Assembly: GCA_963715985.1 (NCBI GenBank)
Contig: CAVQSP010000014.1
Span: 96,001-160,000 of the forward strand
From: an uncultured Thermoleophilia bacterium
Lineage (GTDB): Bacteria > Actinomycetota > Thermoleophilia > UBA2241
Length of the DNA stretch: 64,000 nt
Direction: 5' to 3'
The position numbers were made by a program, and so were the translations under genes. Below the pieces are notes generated by a model. It saw only the letters and a program-made list of their open reading frames with translations. It had not been told where the DNA came from and made no database searches. Below are positions 18,902-30,798 of this stretch, in pieces (the stretch's first letter is position 1; each line of letters starts with the position of its first letter).

Positions 18902-18926
18902 CCCCCGCGGTCACGGAGGAAGCGAG

Positions 18927-20403
18927 ATGAACACGCAACGAGTATTCAGGGTCCTGCGACCGTCGCTGGCGCTCGTGGCCATCGCCGCCGCGCTCGTCAT
19001 CCTGGGGGCCGCGCTCACCGGGCCCGCCGGCGCTGCGAGCGCCCCGACGCCGACGCCGACGCTGTATTCAGCGCCGACCGAGGTCAGGGATTCGATCGTG
19101 CAGGCGGGAGAGGACGTGGTCGTCTCCGTCGGGCAGCAGGTGGGGACCGTCGTCGCGGCCGGCGGCGACGTCACCGTGGACGGCACAGTGACGGACGCCG
19201 TCGTCGCCTTTGGCGGCGATGTCACTGTCAGCGGCTCGGTGGGCTCCAGTATCGTCGCCTTCGGCGGCGATGTGACTCTCAGCGGATCCGTGGGCTCCAC
19301 CGTCGTCGCGTTCGGAGGGGATGTCCATCTGCTCCCGACCGCCGTTGTCGGCTCGAACATGACAGCGCAGGATCACTCCGTCGTCCTCTTCGGCGGGGCG
19401 CTGACCCGGGACGCCGGCGCCCAGGTGACCGGGACGACGCAGATCTACGACAATGCCAACTGGGGCGGCGCCATCAGCTGGCTCACGAATCGCACGGTGA
19501 TCCGCCCCTGGTGGGGGTTCAGCCTCCTCGGCTGGATCGTGCAGACGGCCATCTTCCTGGTGCTCGCGCTCGTGGCGGCGGCACTGATGCCGCGGCAACT
19601 GCGTGCCGTGCAGCGCAAGCTCGCGGAGAAGCCCGCCGCATCGCTGGGCTGGGGCGCGCTCACGTTCTTCATCATCGTCCCGGCCGTGCTCGTCGTGCTC
19701 ATCATCAGCATCGTGGGCCTGCTGCTGGTGCTGCCATACGTGGTCGTCGTGCCGCTGTTCTACTTCTTCGTCATCACGGCCGTGGCGGCGTTCATCGCCG
19801 ACAAGGTCCTCGCGGGCTCGCGGCAGAAGAACAACCTCATGCTCGCCGTGACGCTCGGCGTGGTGGGCACGACGATCATCTCCCGCGTGCCGGTGGCGGG
19901 CGGGCTCGTGCTGATGGTCATGGCCATCTTCGGCGCCGGCGCCGCGGCGATGGCGCTCATGGACTGGCGCCGTGCCCGCAGGCCGGCGACCGCGCCGGCG
20001 CCGGTCCCGCCCGGCACGCCCGGCTGGCCGGCGGGCGCTCCGCCGGCCGTGCCCGCGACCGCGCCTGCCGGCATGACTGCGGCTGTGACGACCGCGCCGG
20101 CGATGGAGATCCCTGCGGCGGTGCCGCCGGCGCAGGGACCCGGCCAGGCGGCACCCGCGGTCGTCGAGTCGACCGCGCCGACGGCAGCGCCTGCGACGAC
20201 GGCCGGCGCGGACGAGCGCGACGGCGGCGACCGGCCTCCTCTCCGACGGAGCCTCGGAGGCCGGTGCGGCTCAGGCCGATATCGCGGCTGCCGGGCCGGA
20301 GGTGACTGCGGCCACGGAGGCCCAGTCCGGGCAGGTGGCGCCGGCCGGAGAGCAGCCGGTGGACGACCAGCCGGCCGGCGAAGCTCCGCCGGCCGTGACC
20401 TGA
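18927..20403 (+). CDS. Bactofilin-like repeat membrane protein (probable frameshift near 20205; likely true stop 20401-20403)
   Basis: Signal peptide, 4x VVAFGGDVTVxG repeats, multiple TM helices; Ala/Pro tail continues in another frame to TGA 20403. Confidence 0.7.
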
Positions 20404-20551
20404 GGCCGCGGCAGCGCGGCAGACAAGATCACGCCGGCTTGGTGCCTGAACCGGCCGCGCGGGAATACAGTGGATTGGTGAACGTGGCGGGCCGCGTGGA
20501 GACGCGGCCCGCCACCGGCCGCATCGAGCGGCCGCAGGCAAGGGGGTCGAC

Positions 20552-21357
<806 letters not shown>

Positions 21358-21361
<4 letters not shown>

Positions 21362-23904
21362 TCCGCATCGCCTGGCGCAGCCTCACGGCGCACAAGCTGC
21401 GGACCTTCCTCACCACGCTCGCCATCCTTCTGGGCGTGGCCATGATCGTCGGCACCTACGTGCTCAGCGACCAGATCGACCGCGGCTTCAAGAACATCTT
21501 CACCGACGCCTACAAGGGCATCGACGTCACGGTGACGCGCAAGGCCAAGTTCACCAGCCAGATGTCCGGCTCCACCGAGGGCCTGCCGGAGTCACTGGAG
21601 CAGACGGTCAGAGGCGTGGACGGCGTCGCCGAGGCGTACGGGTACGTGACCGGGGCGGGAGCCATCGCCGTGCGCGGCAAGGTCGTCTCGACCGGCGGCG
21701 CGCCGACGCTGTTCTTCTCGGCGGTGCCCGCCGATATCAGCAACACGAACTACATCACGGGCGGCATTCCCGAGCAGCCCGGCGAGGTCGCCATCATCCA
21801 GAAGCTGGCGCAGGATGAGAAGCTGGACGTCGGGTCCACGCTCACCGTGGTGACGCCCGGCGGCAGCGAGCAGGTCCGCGTCAGCGGCGTGTTCACCTTC
21901 GCCTCACAGTCATCGCTGGGCGGCTCGACCATCATCGACGGGACGTTGTCCGACCTGCAGCGCTGGTTCGGCATGCAGGGGAGCTTCTCGGAGATCGACG
22001 CCAAGGCTGACGCCGGTGTCTCAGCCGACACCCTGGCGCAGCGCGTGAAGGCTGTCGTCCCGGCCTTCGCGGAGGTCAAGACGGGCACGCAGGCCGCCGC
22101 CGACCAGACCAAGCAGCTCAGCGACGCCATCGGCATGTTCCTGAGGCCCATGCTGCTGTCGTTCGGCGGCATCGCCGTGCTGGTGGGCGCCTTCATCATC
22201 TTCAACGCCTTCTCCATGACCGTGGCGCAGCGGCGCCGCGAGTTCGCCATGCTGCGGGCCCTCGGCGCCTCGCGCCGCCAGGTGCTGTCCACGCTCACCA
22301 CGGAGGCCGTCGTCATGGGCCTTCTGGCCTCCATCCTGGGCATCCTCGCCGGCCTCGGCATCGCCGCCGGCATCATCCAGCTCTTCCAGGCCGCCAACAT
22401 CGACATCCCGCACAGCGGCCTGGTGCTGGCGCCGCGCACCGTGGTCATAGCGCTCGCCGTGGGCGTGCTCGTCACCCTGCTGTCGGCGGTCGTGCCGGCG
22501 GCGCGCGCTACGCGCGTGCCGCCCATGGCGGCCCTTCAAGAAGGGTCGACGCTCCCGCCGACCCGGTTCGCGCGTTTCATGCCCGTCGTGGCCGTCGTGG
22601 TGGCGGTGCTGGGCGTGCTCGGCATCGTCGGCGGCATGTACGGCCCCGGCACGACCACCTCGCGCCTCGCCACCATCGCGTCCGGAGCCGTACTCGTCTT
22701 CTTGGCGGTGGCCATCGGCAGCAAGTACCTGATCCGGCCCCTCGCGGGAGCCTTGGGATGGCCTCTGCAGAAGCTGGCGCCGGTGAGCGGGCGGCTCGCC
22801 CGCGACAACACGGTGCGGAACCCTGCGCGCACCGCCGCCACCGCCTCCGCGCTCATGATCGGGCTGGGCGTGGTCGTCTTCGTGGCCGTCTTCGCGCAGG
22901 GGCTCAAGAGCTCGTTCGTGGACGCGTTCGACAAGGTCTCGCGCGCCGACTTCGTCGTGCAGAGCCAGGGCTTCGTGCCGTTGCCCAACGACACGGCGAC
23001 ACGCCTCCAATCGTTGTCCGGCGTGCAGACGGCAACGGGTCTCGACATGCAGCAGGTGCAGGTCGGCGGGAAGTCGAGCGCCATCATGGGGATCGACCCC
23101 GGGCTGTTCAAGCAGCTGTGGAGGTTCGACTGGCTGAACGGCGGGAGTGACACGCTGCTCGACCAGCTGGGGTCGTCCAGCGCGGTCGTGGAGGAGCAGA
23201 CGGCGTCATCGCTCGGCGCCAGGATCGGCGAGACGATCACCGTGACCACCATGGACGGCAAGCGCAAAGGGCTCAAAGTGATCGGTCTGTACCGCGACCC
23301 GATGATGCTGGACGGCATCGTGGTGGGTAACGCCGGCTACCAGGCACTCTTCCCGACGTCGCAGCAGTACATGGTGTTCGTGAAGGCCGCTCCGGGGACC
23401 GACCTCACACAGGCGGCGCAGCAGCTCACGACGGCGCTCGCCGCCGTGCCCACGGCGGAGGTCAAGACGGCGCAGCAGTACAAGGACAGCCTCGTGGGGC
23501 AGGTCAATTCGCTCCTCAATCTGGTGTACGGCCTGCTTGCCATGAGCGTGATCATCTCGCTGTTCGGCATCGTCAACACGCTGGTGCTGGCGGTGTACGA
23601 GCGCACCCGCGAGATCGGCCTGCTGCGCGCCATCGGTTCGTCCCGCGCTCAGGTCCGTGCCACCGTGCGCTACGAGAGCGTCATCACGTCCGTCATCGGG
23701 GCGCTGATGGGGATCGTCGTCGGCGTCGCCTTCGCCTGGGTCATCACGGCCAGGTTCTCCGGGCAGGGGGTCACGTTCTCGATCCCGGGCGGGCAGCTCG
23801 TGGTGTTCCTCGTCGTCGGCGTGATCGTGGGCGTCATCGCCGCGATCCTGCCGGCGCGGCGGGCGGCGCGGATCGACATCCTGGAGGCCATCCAGTACGA
23901 GTGA
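21358..23904 (+). CDS. FtsX-like ABC permease (two repeats)
   Basis: QRRREFAMLRALGASRRQV and ERTREIGLLRAIGSSRAQV motifs. Confidence 0.92.
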
Positions 23905-23940
23905 GCGGCGGTGCGGCCGGCTCTGTGACGATGGGAGCGT

Positions 23941-24477
23941 GTGATGCAGCGGAGTGAGGGCGCGGCGGGCGGCGCACCGCCCGGGGCGCCCGGCAAGCCT
24001 TCGAGGCGCGACGACGCGGCGCTCACCTGGGGCGCCGTCCTCGTGACGGTCGGCGCCCTGCTGCTGGCCGGCCGCCTCAGCCCTCTGGTGTCGGCCGGCG
24101 GCGCGCCGCTCATCATCGGCGCCGGCTGTCTGGTGTGGTGGCTGCTCGACGGCAACTACGCCCTGCTGGTGCCGGCCGGCGTGCTCACGGGCATCGGCGC
24201 CGGCCTGATGGTCGGCACGACCGCCTTCTACGGCAACCCGGTGGCCCTGGGTCTCGGCGCCGGGTTCCTCGCCATCTACGCTCTGGACGCGGTGCGTTGC
24301 CGCGGCCGCACCGCGTGGTGGCCGCTGGTGCCCGGCGCGGTCCTCGTCATCGTCGGTCTTCTGGAGAACACGTCGGGCTGGGAGAGCCTCGGCTCGCTTG
24401 GATGGCCGCTGTTCCTTATCATCATCGGACTCATCATCGTCGCGGTCGCCCTCTGGCGTCGCGGCGCCGGCAGGTAA
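23941..24477 (+). CDS. Small multi-pass membrane protein (LiaF/LiaI-like TM motifs)
   Basis: Hydrophobic; LVPAGVLTGIG, WWPLVPG, WPLFLIIIG. Confidence 0.7.
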   Translation: MMQRSEGAAGGAPPGAPGKPSRRDDAALTWGAVLVTVGALLLAGRLSPLVSAGGAPLIIGAGCLVWWLLDGNYALLVPAGVLTGIGAGLMVGTTAFYGNPVALGLGAGFLAIYALDAVRCRGRTAWWPLVPGAVLVIVGLLENTSGWESLGSLGWPLFLIIIGLIIVAVALWRRGAGR

Positions 24478-24519
24478 GCCGGCGGGGACGCCGGCGGCAA
24501 CGCGAAGGAGCGCGGCGGC

Positions 24520-27198
24520 ATCCTCACCCTGGACGACCAGCACTGGCACGCCCTGCCGGGGGATGAGGTCGCAGACCTCCTGGAGACCGACGCCGAGCAG
24601 GGCCTCGACCTCTTCGCCGTAGAGCATCGCCGCGCCCAGTTCGGCGCCAATGCGCTCACCCCTCCCAAGGGGCCGAGCGCGCTGCGGCGCCTGCTTCAGC
24701 AGTTCCTCGATCCGCTCGTGCTCATCCTCGTCGCCGCGGGAGTCGTCACGTGCGTGCTCGGTGACTGGGTCGACGCGGGCGTCATCTTCGGGGTCGTGGC
24801 GCTCAACGCTCTCGTCGGGTACCTGCAGGAGTCACGTGCAGTGGCAGCGATCGACGCCCTGACCAAGTCGATGACGACCGAAGCCATGGTGGTGCGCGGC
24901 GGCGAGCAGCTGCGCCTGCCGGCCGCGGACATCGTGCCCGGCGATCTCGTGCTGCTGCAGGCCGGCGACAAGGTGCCGGCCGACCTGCGCCTGACGCGGG
25001 CCCGCGAGCTGCGTGTGGACGAATCGGCGCTCACCGGGGAGTCGCTGCCGGTGGAGAAGCCGGCCGAACTGGTCGCCAGGGACTGCCCCCTGGCCGAGCG
25101 CGGCGACATGGCGTACGCCTCTTCGCTGGTCTCCTACGGCACTGCGGCGGGCCTGGTGGTGGCCACGGGCGACGCCACGGAGGTCGGCCAGATCTCGCAG
25201 CTCATCGCCGAGGCCCGCGACCTCAAGACGCCGCTCACGCGCAAGATCGACCAGTTCTCCACCGTGCTGCTCATCGTGATCGTGGCCCTGGCCCTGGTGA
25301 CGTTCGCCATCGGCCTGCTGCGTGGCGAGCACTTCGTGGAGATGTTCAAGGCCTCCATCGCGCTGGCCGTGGCCGCCATCCCGGAAGGTCTGCCGGCGGC
25401 CGTCACCATCACGCTGGCCATCGGTGTGAACCGCATGGCCAGGCGGCGGGCCGTCATCCGCAAGCTGCCCGCCGTGGAGACGCTCGGCTCTACGATGGTC
25501 ATCTGCACCGACAAGACCGGCACGCTCACGCAGAACGAGATGACGGTGCAGCGCGTCTCCGCCGGCGGTCAGCTGCTCGCCGTGAGCGGGGTGGGGTACG
25601 GGCCGGCGGGAGAGATCACGCCCGGCCCGGGTCCGGCGGCGCTCGAGGTACTGCGCGCCGGCCTGCTGTGCAACGACACCGCGCTCGCCGAGGACGAGGG
25701 TCGCTGGCAGGTGGCCGGCGACCCCACCGAGGCGGCGCTGCTGGCGGCGGCGAGCAAGGGCGGCCTCATACGGCAGGCTGAGGAGGCCGCCCTGCCGCGC
25801 CTGGACGCGATCCCCTTTGAGAGCCAGCACCAGTACATGGCCACGCTGCACGACGCCGGTGACGGTCGCCGCGTGGTGTACCTCAAGGGCGCCGTGGAGA
25901 AGGTGCTGGCGCGCTGCTCGGGGGCGCTGGGCGCGGACGGCGAGCCCTCTGCGCTCGACGCCGCCGGTGTGCACGCGCGGGTGGACGCCCTGGCCGCCGT
26001 GGGCCTGCGCGTTCTTGCCTTCGCACGGGGCGGACTCCCGGGCGGCGGCGATGACCTCGGCCACGACGACGTGGACGCCGGTCTCACCTTTCTCGGCCTG
26101 CAGGCGATGATGGACCCGCCGCGGCCGGAAGCGATCGCGGCGGTCGCCGCCTGTCACACGGCCGGCATCACCGTGAAGATGATCACCGGCGACCACGCCG
26201 CCACGGCGGCCGCGATCGCGCGGCAGATCGGCATCGCCGGACCGGACGACGCTGCCGCTGTCACCGGCGCCGAGATGGCCGCTCTCAAAGACAAGGAGTT
26301 CATCGAGCTGGCGCAGCGCGTCAACGTCTTCGCGCGCGTGACGCCGGAGCAGAAGCTGCGCCTGGTCGAGGCGCTGCAGGCGCGCGGGCTGGTGGTCGCG
26401 ATGACCGGCGACGGTGTGAACGACGCGCCGGCGCTCAAGCAGTCCGACATCGGCGTGGCCATGGGCATCACCGGCACCGACGTGGCCAAGGACGCCGCCG
26501 ACATGGTGCTGACCGACGACGACTTCGCCACCATCGAGGCCGCCGTGGAGGAAGGGCGCGGCGTCTTCGACAACCTGATCAAGTTCATGATGTTCGCGCT
26601 GCCGACCAATGTCGGGCAGGGCCTCGTGCTCATGGCCGGCATCGTCCTCGGCACGGCGCTGCCGATCCTGCCGCTGCAGATCCTGTGGATCAACATGATC
26701 ACCGCGGTGCTGCTCGGGCTCGGGCTTGCCTTCGAGCTCAAGGAGCCCGGCATCATGACGCGCCCGCCGCGCCGACCCGGCACGCCGCTCGTCTCCCGGG
26801 GCGTGATCACGCGCATCATCATCGCCGGTGTCATCCTGCTGATCTGCGCGTTCGCGCTGTTCGAATGGGCCGAGGCCCGCGGACTCGGCGAGGCGGTGGC
26901 CCGCACCGCCGCCGTCAACGTGTTCATGTCGGTGCAGCTCTTCTACCTCTTCGCCTGCCGCTCGCTGCGCCGCTCGCTGTTCCGCTTCAGCCCCTTCGGC
27001 AACCGCATGATCGTGCTCGGCGTGGCCGTGGTGGTCGTGCTGCAGCTCCTCTTCACGTACGCTCCGTTCATGAACGTCGCCTTCGACACGGCGCCGCTGA
27101 CGCTCAACGAGTGGATCGTGATCCTCCTCTTCGGGTTCGGGGCCATGGTCCTCATGGACTTCGTCGGCTTCCTGCTCCGCCGCCTCCACATCGACTGA
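24520..27198 (+). CDS. Cation-transporting P-type ATPase (P2A, Ca2+-type/CtpF-like), non-canonical start
   Basis: DESALTGES, AIPEGLP, ICTDKTGTLT, MITGD, TGDGVNDAPAL; N-terminal WHAL..GL..FGAN domain lies in frame upstream of 24718; SD AAGGAG 9 nt before ATC 24520. Confidence 0.92.
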   Translation: MLTLDDQHWHALPGDEVADLLETDAEQGLDLFAVEHRRAQFGANALTPPKGPSALRRLLQQFLDPLVLILVAAGVVTCVLGDWVDAGVIFGVVALNALVGYLQESRAVAAIDALTKSMTTEAMVVRGGEQLRLPAADIVPGDLVLLQAGDKVPADLRLTRARELRVDESALTGESLPVEKPAELVARDCPLAERGDMAYASSLVSYGTAAGLVVATGDATEVGQISQLIAEARDLKTPLTRKIDQFSTVLLIVIVALALVTFAIGLLRGEHFVEMFKASIALAVAAIPEGLPAAVTITLAIGVNRMARRRAVIRKLPAVETLGSTMVICTDKTGTLTQNEMTVQRVSAGGQLLAVSGVGYGPAGEITPGPGPAALEVLRAGLLCNDTALAEDEGRWQVAGDPTEAALLAAASKGGLIRQAEEAALPRLDAIPFESQHQYMATLHDAGDGRRVVYLKGAVEKVLARCSGALGADGEPSALDAAGVHARVDALAAVGLRVLAFARGGLPGGGDDLGHDDVDAGLTFLGLQAMMDPPRPEAIAAVAACHTAGITVKMITGDHAATAAAIARQIGIAGPDDAAAVTGAEMAALKDKEFIELAQRVNVFARVTPEQKLRLVEALQARGLVVAMTGDGVNDAPALKQSDIGVAMGITGTDVAKDAADMVLTDDDFATIEAAVEEGRGVFDNLIKFMMFALPTNVGQGLVLMAGIVLGTALPILPLQILWINMITAVLLGLGLAFELKEPGIMTRPPRRPGTPLVSRGVITRIIIAGVILLICAFALFEWAEARGLGEAVARTAAVNVFMSVQLFYLFACRSLRRSLFRFSPFGNRMIVLGVAVVVVLQLLFTYAPFMNVAFDTAPLTLNEWIVILLFGFGAMVLMDFVGFLLRRLHID

Positions 27199-28328
27199 TG
27201 CCGCAGACGCCGCCGTTCGAACAGGGTCCTATCCGCCCGCCCAGCGAGGCGCAGAGCCTGCTGGTGCGCGTGATCCGCAACTGCACGTGGAACCGCTGCA
27301 CGTTCTGCCCTGTCTACAAGGGGACCTCGTCGTCGCTGCGCTCGCTGGAGGACGTCCTGGCCGATGTGGACGCCATGGCCGCCGCGGCGGAGGCGATCCG
27401 CACGGCCGGCATCGATGCGATCCGCGACGGACGTGTGCCTCGCGAGGCCTACCAGGTGGCGCTCTTCGTGCGCGCCGGCATGCGCACGGTCTTCCTGCAG
27501 GACGCGGACCCGTGCGCGGTGAAGCCCGATAAGCTGGCGGCCGTGATCGGCCGCGTGAGAGAGCGCTTCCCGACGGTGGACCGCGTGACCACGTACGGCC
27601 GCGCCTCGACGCTGGCACGGCGCACGCCGGAGCAGCTGGGGCTGCTCGCGGAGGCGGGCCTCACGCGCGTGCACCTGGGCCTGGAGTCGGGCGCCGACGA
27701 GGTACTCATGGCCGTCGACAAGGGCTGCTCGAGCGGCGACCTCATCGGGGCCGGCGAGAACGTGGTGCGTGCCGGCCTGGAGCTGTGCTTCTACCTGATG
27801 CCCGGGCTGGGCGGGCGCGCGGCGTCCGCCGCGCACGTCGCGGGCTCCGCCCGCGTGATTCGCGCGGTGGCCGCGGCCGCGCCCGCCGAGCGGCCGCTCG
27901 TGGTGCGCCTGCGCACCGCTGCGGTGCCGCCGGGCACGCCGCTGGCCGAGCGCGAGGCGGCGGGCGAATTCGTGCTGCCCGACGACGTGGAGGTCGCGGA
28001 GGAGCTCCGCGACCTCCTCGGGCAGCTCGGCGACGCCCGCCTGGAGCTGCGTTCGGACCACGTGCTCAACCTGATGCAGGGGCTGGAGGGCTCGCTGCCG
28101 GCCGACCGCGAGCGCCTGCTGACCATGCTGGGCGAGTTCCTGGCGCTGCCGCGCGAGGAGCAGGGCCGCTTCGCGATCGGCGTGCGGCTCGGTCTCTTCC
28201 GGACCCTCGCCGACCTGCACGACCCCGGCCGCGCGGCTGCGCTCGAGCGCCAGTTCGAGGGCTACCGACAGCCCTCGGCTGACGAACTGCTGGACACTGC
28301 GGCCGCCCTGCGGGCGCGGTTCATCTAG
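27198..28328 (+). CDS. Radical SAM protein of unknown function
   Basis: EQGPIRPPSEA, CTWNRCTFC, GLESG, SDHVLN; TGATG overlap with the ATPase. Confidence 0.88.
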   Translation: MPQTPPFEQGPIRPPSEAQSLLVRVIRNCTWNRCTFCPVYKGTSSSLRSLEDVLADVDAMAAAAEAIRTAGIDAIRDGRVPREAYQVALFVRAGMRTVFLQDADPCAVKPDKLAAVIGRVRERFPTVDRVTTYGRASTLARRTPEQLGLLAEAGLTRVHLGLESGADEVLMAVDKGCSSGDLIGAGENVVRAGLELCFYLMPGLGGRAASAAHVAGSARVIRAVAAAAPAERPLVVRLRTAAVPPGTPLAEREAAGEFVLPDDVEVAEELRDLLGQLGDARLELRSDHVLNLMQGLEGSLPADRERLLTMLGEFLALPREEQGRFAIGVRLGLFRTLADLHDPGRAAALERQFEGYRQPSADELLDTAAALRARFI

Positions 28329-28428
28329 TGAGCGGTGTGCCTGCGGCGCCCCGCTCGCTGTTGTGCCTGCGGCAGCTCGTGAGCGGTGTGCCTGCGGCGC
28401 CCCGCTCGCTGTTGTGCCTGCGGCAGCT
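28328..28428. repeat. Tandem 51-bp direct duplication
   Basis: GTGAGCGGTGTGCCTGCGGCGCCCCGCTCGCTGTTGTGCCTGCGGCAGCT at 28328 and 28379 fills the gap between convergent genes. Confidence 0.92.
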
Positions 28429-29068
28429 AGTCCGCAGGCCCGAGCTCACCAGTGAGGTACCGCTGCAGCGTGGGCCCCAGGGCCGCGACGACCTGCTCCT
28501 GCGTCGCCGACGCCAGGGGTTCGATGCGCGCGACGTACCGCACCATGGCCAGCCCGATGAGCTGCGAGCCCACGAGCGCGGCACGCAATTCGGCGTCCGG
28601 CAGCCCGAGGGCCTGCGTGATGGGCCCGAAGATCCGCCGCCCGAGATACTCGCGCACGAGGCCCATGGCGACCTCGTTGGTCATCGCCGAGCGGATCATG
28701 GCGAGCAGCGGCGCGCGGCTCTCCTGCGGCTCCCAGGCGGCGAGGAACGTGCGGACCACGGTGGCGCCCATGTGCGCGGCGTCCTCGCGCATCACGCGCC
28801 GCACCACCTCGCCGGGCTCCGCCGGGATCTGCAGCGCCGCCGTGAAGAGCTGCTCCTTGGCGCCGAAGTAGTGCAGGACGAGCGACGGGTCTACCTCCGC
28901 GCGCGCGCCGATGCCGCGGATGGTGGCGCGGTCGTAGCCGAGCTCGGCGAACTCCAGCCTGGCGGCCTCCAGGATGGCCTCGCGCGTGAGGCTCTCCCCG
29001 GGCCGTCGACCGCTGCGCCCGCCGCCGCGTCGCGCCTCGGCCGGCGTCCCGTGCGCGTCGCCGCTCAC
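28427..29068 (-). CDS. TetR family regulator
   Basis: TREAILEAARLEFAELGYDRATIRGIG, LHYFGAKEQLF. Confidence 0.93.
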   Translation of the reverse strand: MSGDAHGTPAEARRGGGRSGRRPGESLTREAILEAARLEFAELGYDRATIRGIGARAEVDPSLVLHYFGAKEQLFTAALQIPAEPGEVVRRVMREDAAHMGATVVRTFLAAWEPQESRAPLLAMIRSAMTNEVAMGLVREYLGRRIFGPITQALGLPDAELRAALVGSQLIGLAMVRYVARIEPLASATQEQVVAALGPTLQRYLTGELGPAD

Positions 29069-30798
29069 AGCTCGATCAGCGGCGCGCCGGCCTCGGCCGC
29101 CTCGGCCTCACCGGCGGCCTTCATGCGCTCCTCGCGCGACATCTCCTGGTGCCCCTCGTGCTCGCCCAGGCGCCGCCCGGTGAACAGGGCGGGGATGATG
29201 GCGATGAGCGCCGCCAGCGCGGCCGCGTAGAAGGGCCAGCTGAACGAGCGCGCGATGTCGCGCTTGTAGATGGCCGCGACCCCGGCGTTGACCTTGCTCC
29301 ACTGCAGCGCCTCCGGCGTCCCGGCCGGCGGCCGGGGGGCGCCCTTCAGCGGGTAGGTGGTGAGGCCTGACCCGCCGCCTCCGCTCTTCGCGGCGGCCTT
29401 GGCGTTCTTGATGATGGTCGCCGAGTACAAGCCTTTCTCGGCGGCGCTGAGCTGCTGCTGCGTGGCCACGAAGCCCATGGCCTGCTTGGTCGCTTGCTGG
29501 GCGTTCTGCGCCACCGTGTGCGTGAAGATCGCCACCACCAGCGCGACGCCGATGGTGAAGCCCACCTGGCGCATCGTGTTGAGCGAGCCGGAGCCGACGC
29601 CGCGGACCTCGGTCGGCAGGGAGGCCATCGACGCCGCGGACAGGGTCGGCATGGCGAGGCCCATGCCCACGCCCAGGAAGACGACCCGCCACATCACGTC
29701 CAGCAGCGTGGTGCCCCCGCCGAGCTGGGCCAGCAAGATGAGGCCGATACCGAAGCACGCCGCCCCGACGGCGGCGGGCAGCCGCGGACCGATGCGGTCG
29801 TTGAGGCGGCCGGCGTTGGGGGCCACGATCAGGGCGATCACCGGCATCACCGTGAGCGCCATCGCGGCGCGGAGCTCTGAGTAGCCCAGCACCGAGACGA
29901 GGAAGATGACGACCATGAGGAAGGTGCCGCCCATGGCGAGGCCGATGAACATGATCGACGAGTTGGCGGCCGTGAACGAGCGGATGCGCAACAGCTTGAC
30001 CGGGAACATCGGCGACGGCGTGCGCATCTCCCACCAGATGAACAGCGGGAAGGTGGCGGCGGCCGCCACGAGCAGCCCGATGACCGCGGCCGAGGTCCAG
30101 CCCCAGGTGTTGCCCTGCACCAGCCCCAGCGTGAGCATGAAGAGACCCGCGCCCGAGATGAGGATGCCGGGGATGTCGATGCCGCCCTGGGAGCGGGCCT
30201 TCTTGACCGAGACGGGGAGGACGATGCCGCAGACGACGAGGGCGGCGATGCCGATGGGGACGTTGACGAAGAAGATCCACGACCAGTGCCCGTAGGTCAC
30301 GAGCACGCCACCCAGCACCGGCCCGACGGCCGCCGCCGCCGTACCCAGCGCCCCCCACAAGCCGACTGCCATGCCCTGCTGGCGCTTCGGGAACGCGCCC
30401 AGCACGATCGGCAGCGAGATGGTCAGCAGCGCGGCGCCGCCGATGCCCTGGGCGGCGCGGAAGGCGATCAGCCAATCGATGGTGGGGGCGAAGCCGCAGG
30501 CCATCGATGCCAGCGTGAAGGTGACGAGGCCGAACATGAAGACACGCTTGAGGCCGTAGCGGTCGGCGATGCGCCCCATGGAGAGGAAGCACACGGCGAG
30601 CACCAGGCTGTAGGCGTTGAGCACCCACGAGGCATGCGTCACCGTGGTGTGCAGGTCGGTGATGATGGCCGGCATCGCGATGTTGACGATGGTCACGTCG
30701 AGCAACCCCATGAACATGCCGATGGAGACGGCCGCGAGGATCCACCACTTGCGCGGGTGGCCCCGGTCGAGGGTGGGGTCGAGTGAGGGGTCGCTCAC
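29065..30798 (-). CDS. DHA2 (EmrB/QacA) MFS efflux transporter
   Basis: FMGLLDVTIVNIAMP, GRIADRYGLKR, WSWIFFVNVPIG; start at GTG VSDPSLD. Confidence 0.92.
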   Translation of the reverse strand: MSDPSLDPTLDRGHPRKWWILAAVSIGMFMGLLDVTIVNIAMPAIITDLHTTVTHASWVLNAYSLVLAVCFLSMGRIADRYGLKRVFMFGLVTFTLASMACGFAPTIDWLIAFRAAQGIGGAALLTISLPIVLGAFPKRQQGMAVGLWGALGTAAAAVGPVLGGVLVTYGHWSWIFFVNVPIGIAALVVCGIVLPVSVKKARSQGGIDIPGILISGAGLFMLTLGLVQGNTWGWTSAAVIGLLVAAAATFPLFIWWEMRTPSPMFPVKLLRIRSFTAANSSIMFIGLAMGGTFLMVVIFLVSVLGYSELRAAMALTVMPVIALIVAPNAGRLNDRIGPRLPAAVGAACFGIGLILLAQLGGGTTLLDVMWRVVFLGVGMGLAMPTLSAASMASLPTEVRGVGSGSLNTMRQVGFTIGVALVVAIFTHTVAQNAQQATKQAMGFVATQQQLSAAEKGLYSATIIKNAKAAAKSGGGGSGLTTYPLKGAPRPPAGTPEALQWSKVNAGVAAIYKRDIARSFSWPFYAAALAALIAIIPALFTGRRLGEHEGHQEMSREERMKAAGEAEAAEAGAPLIEL

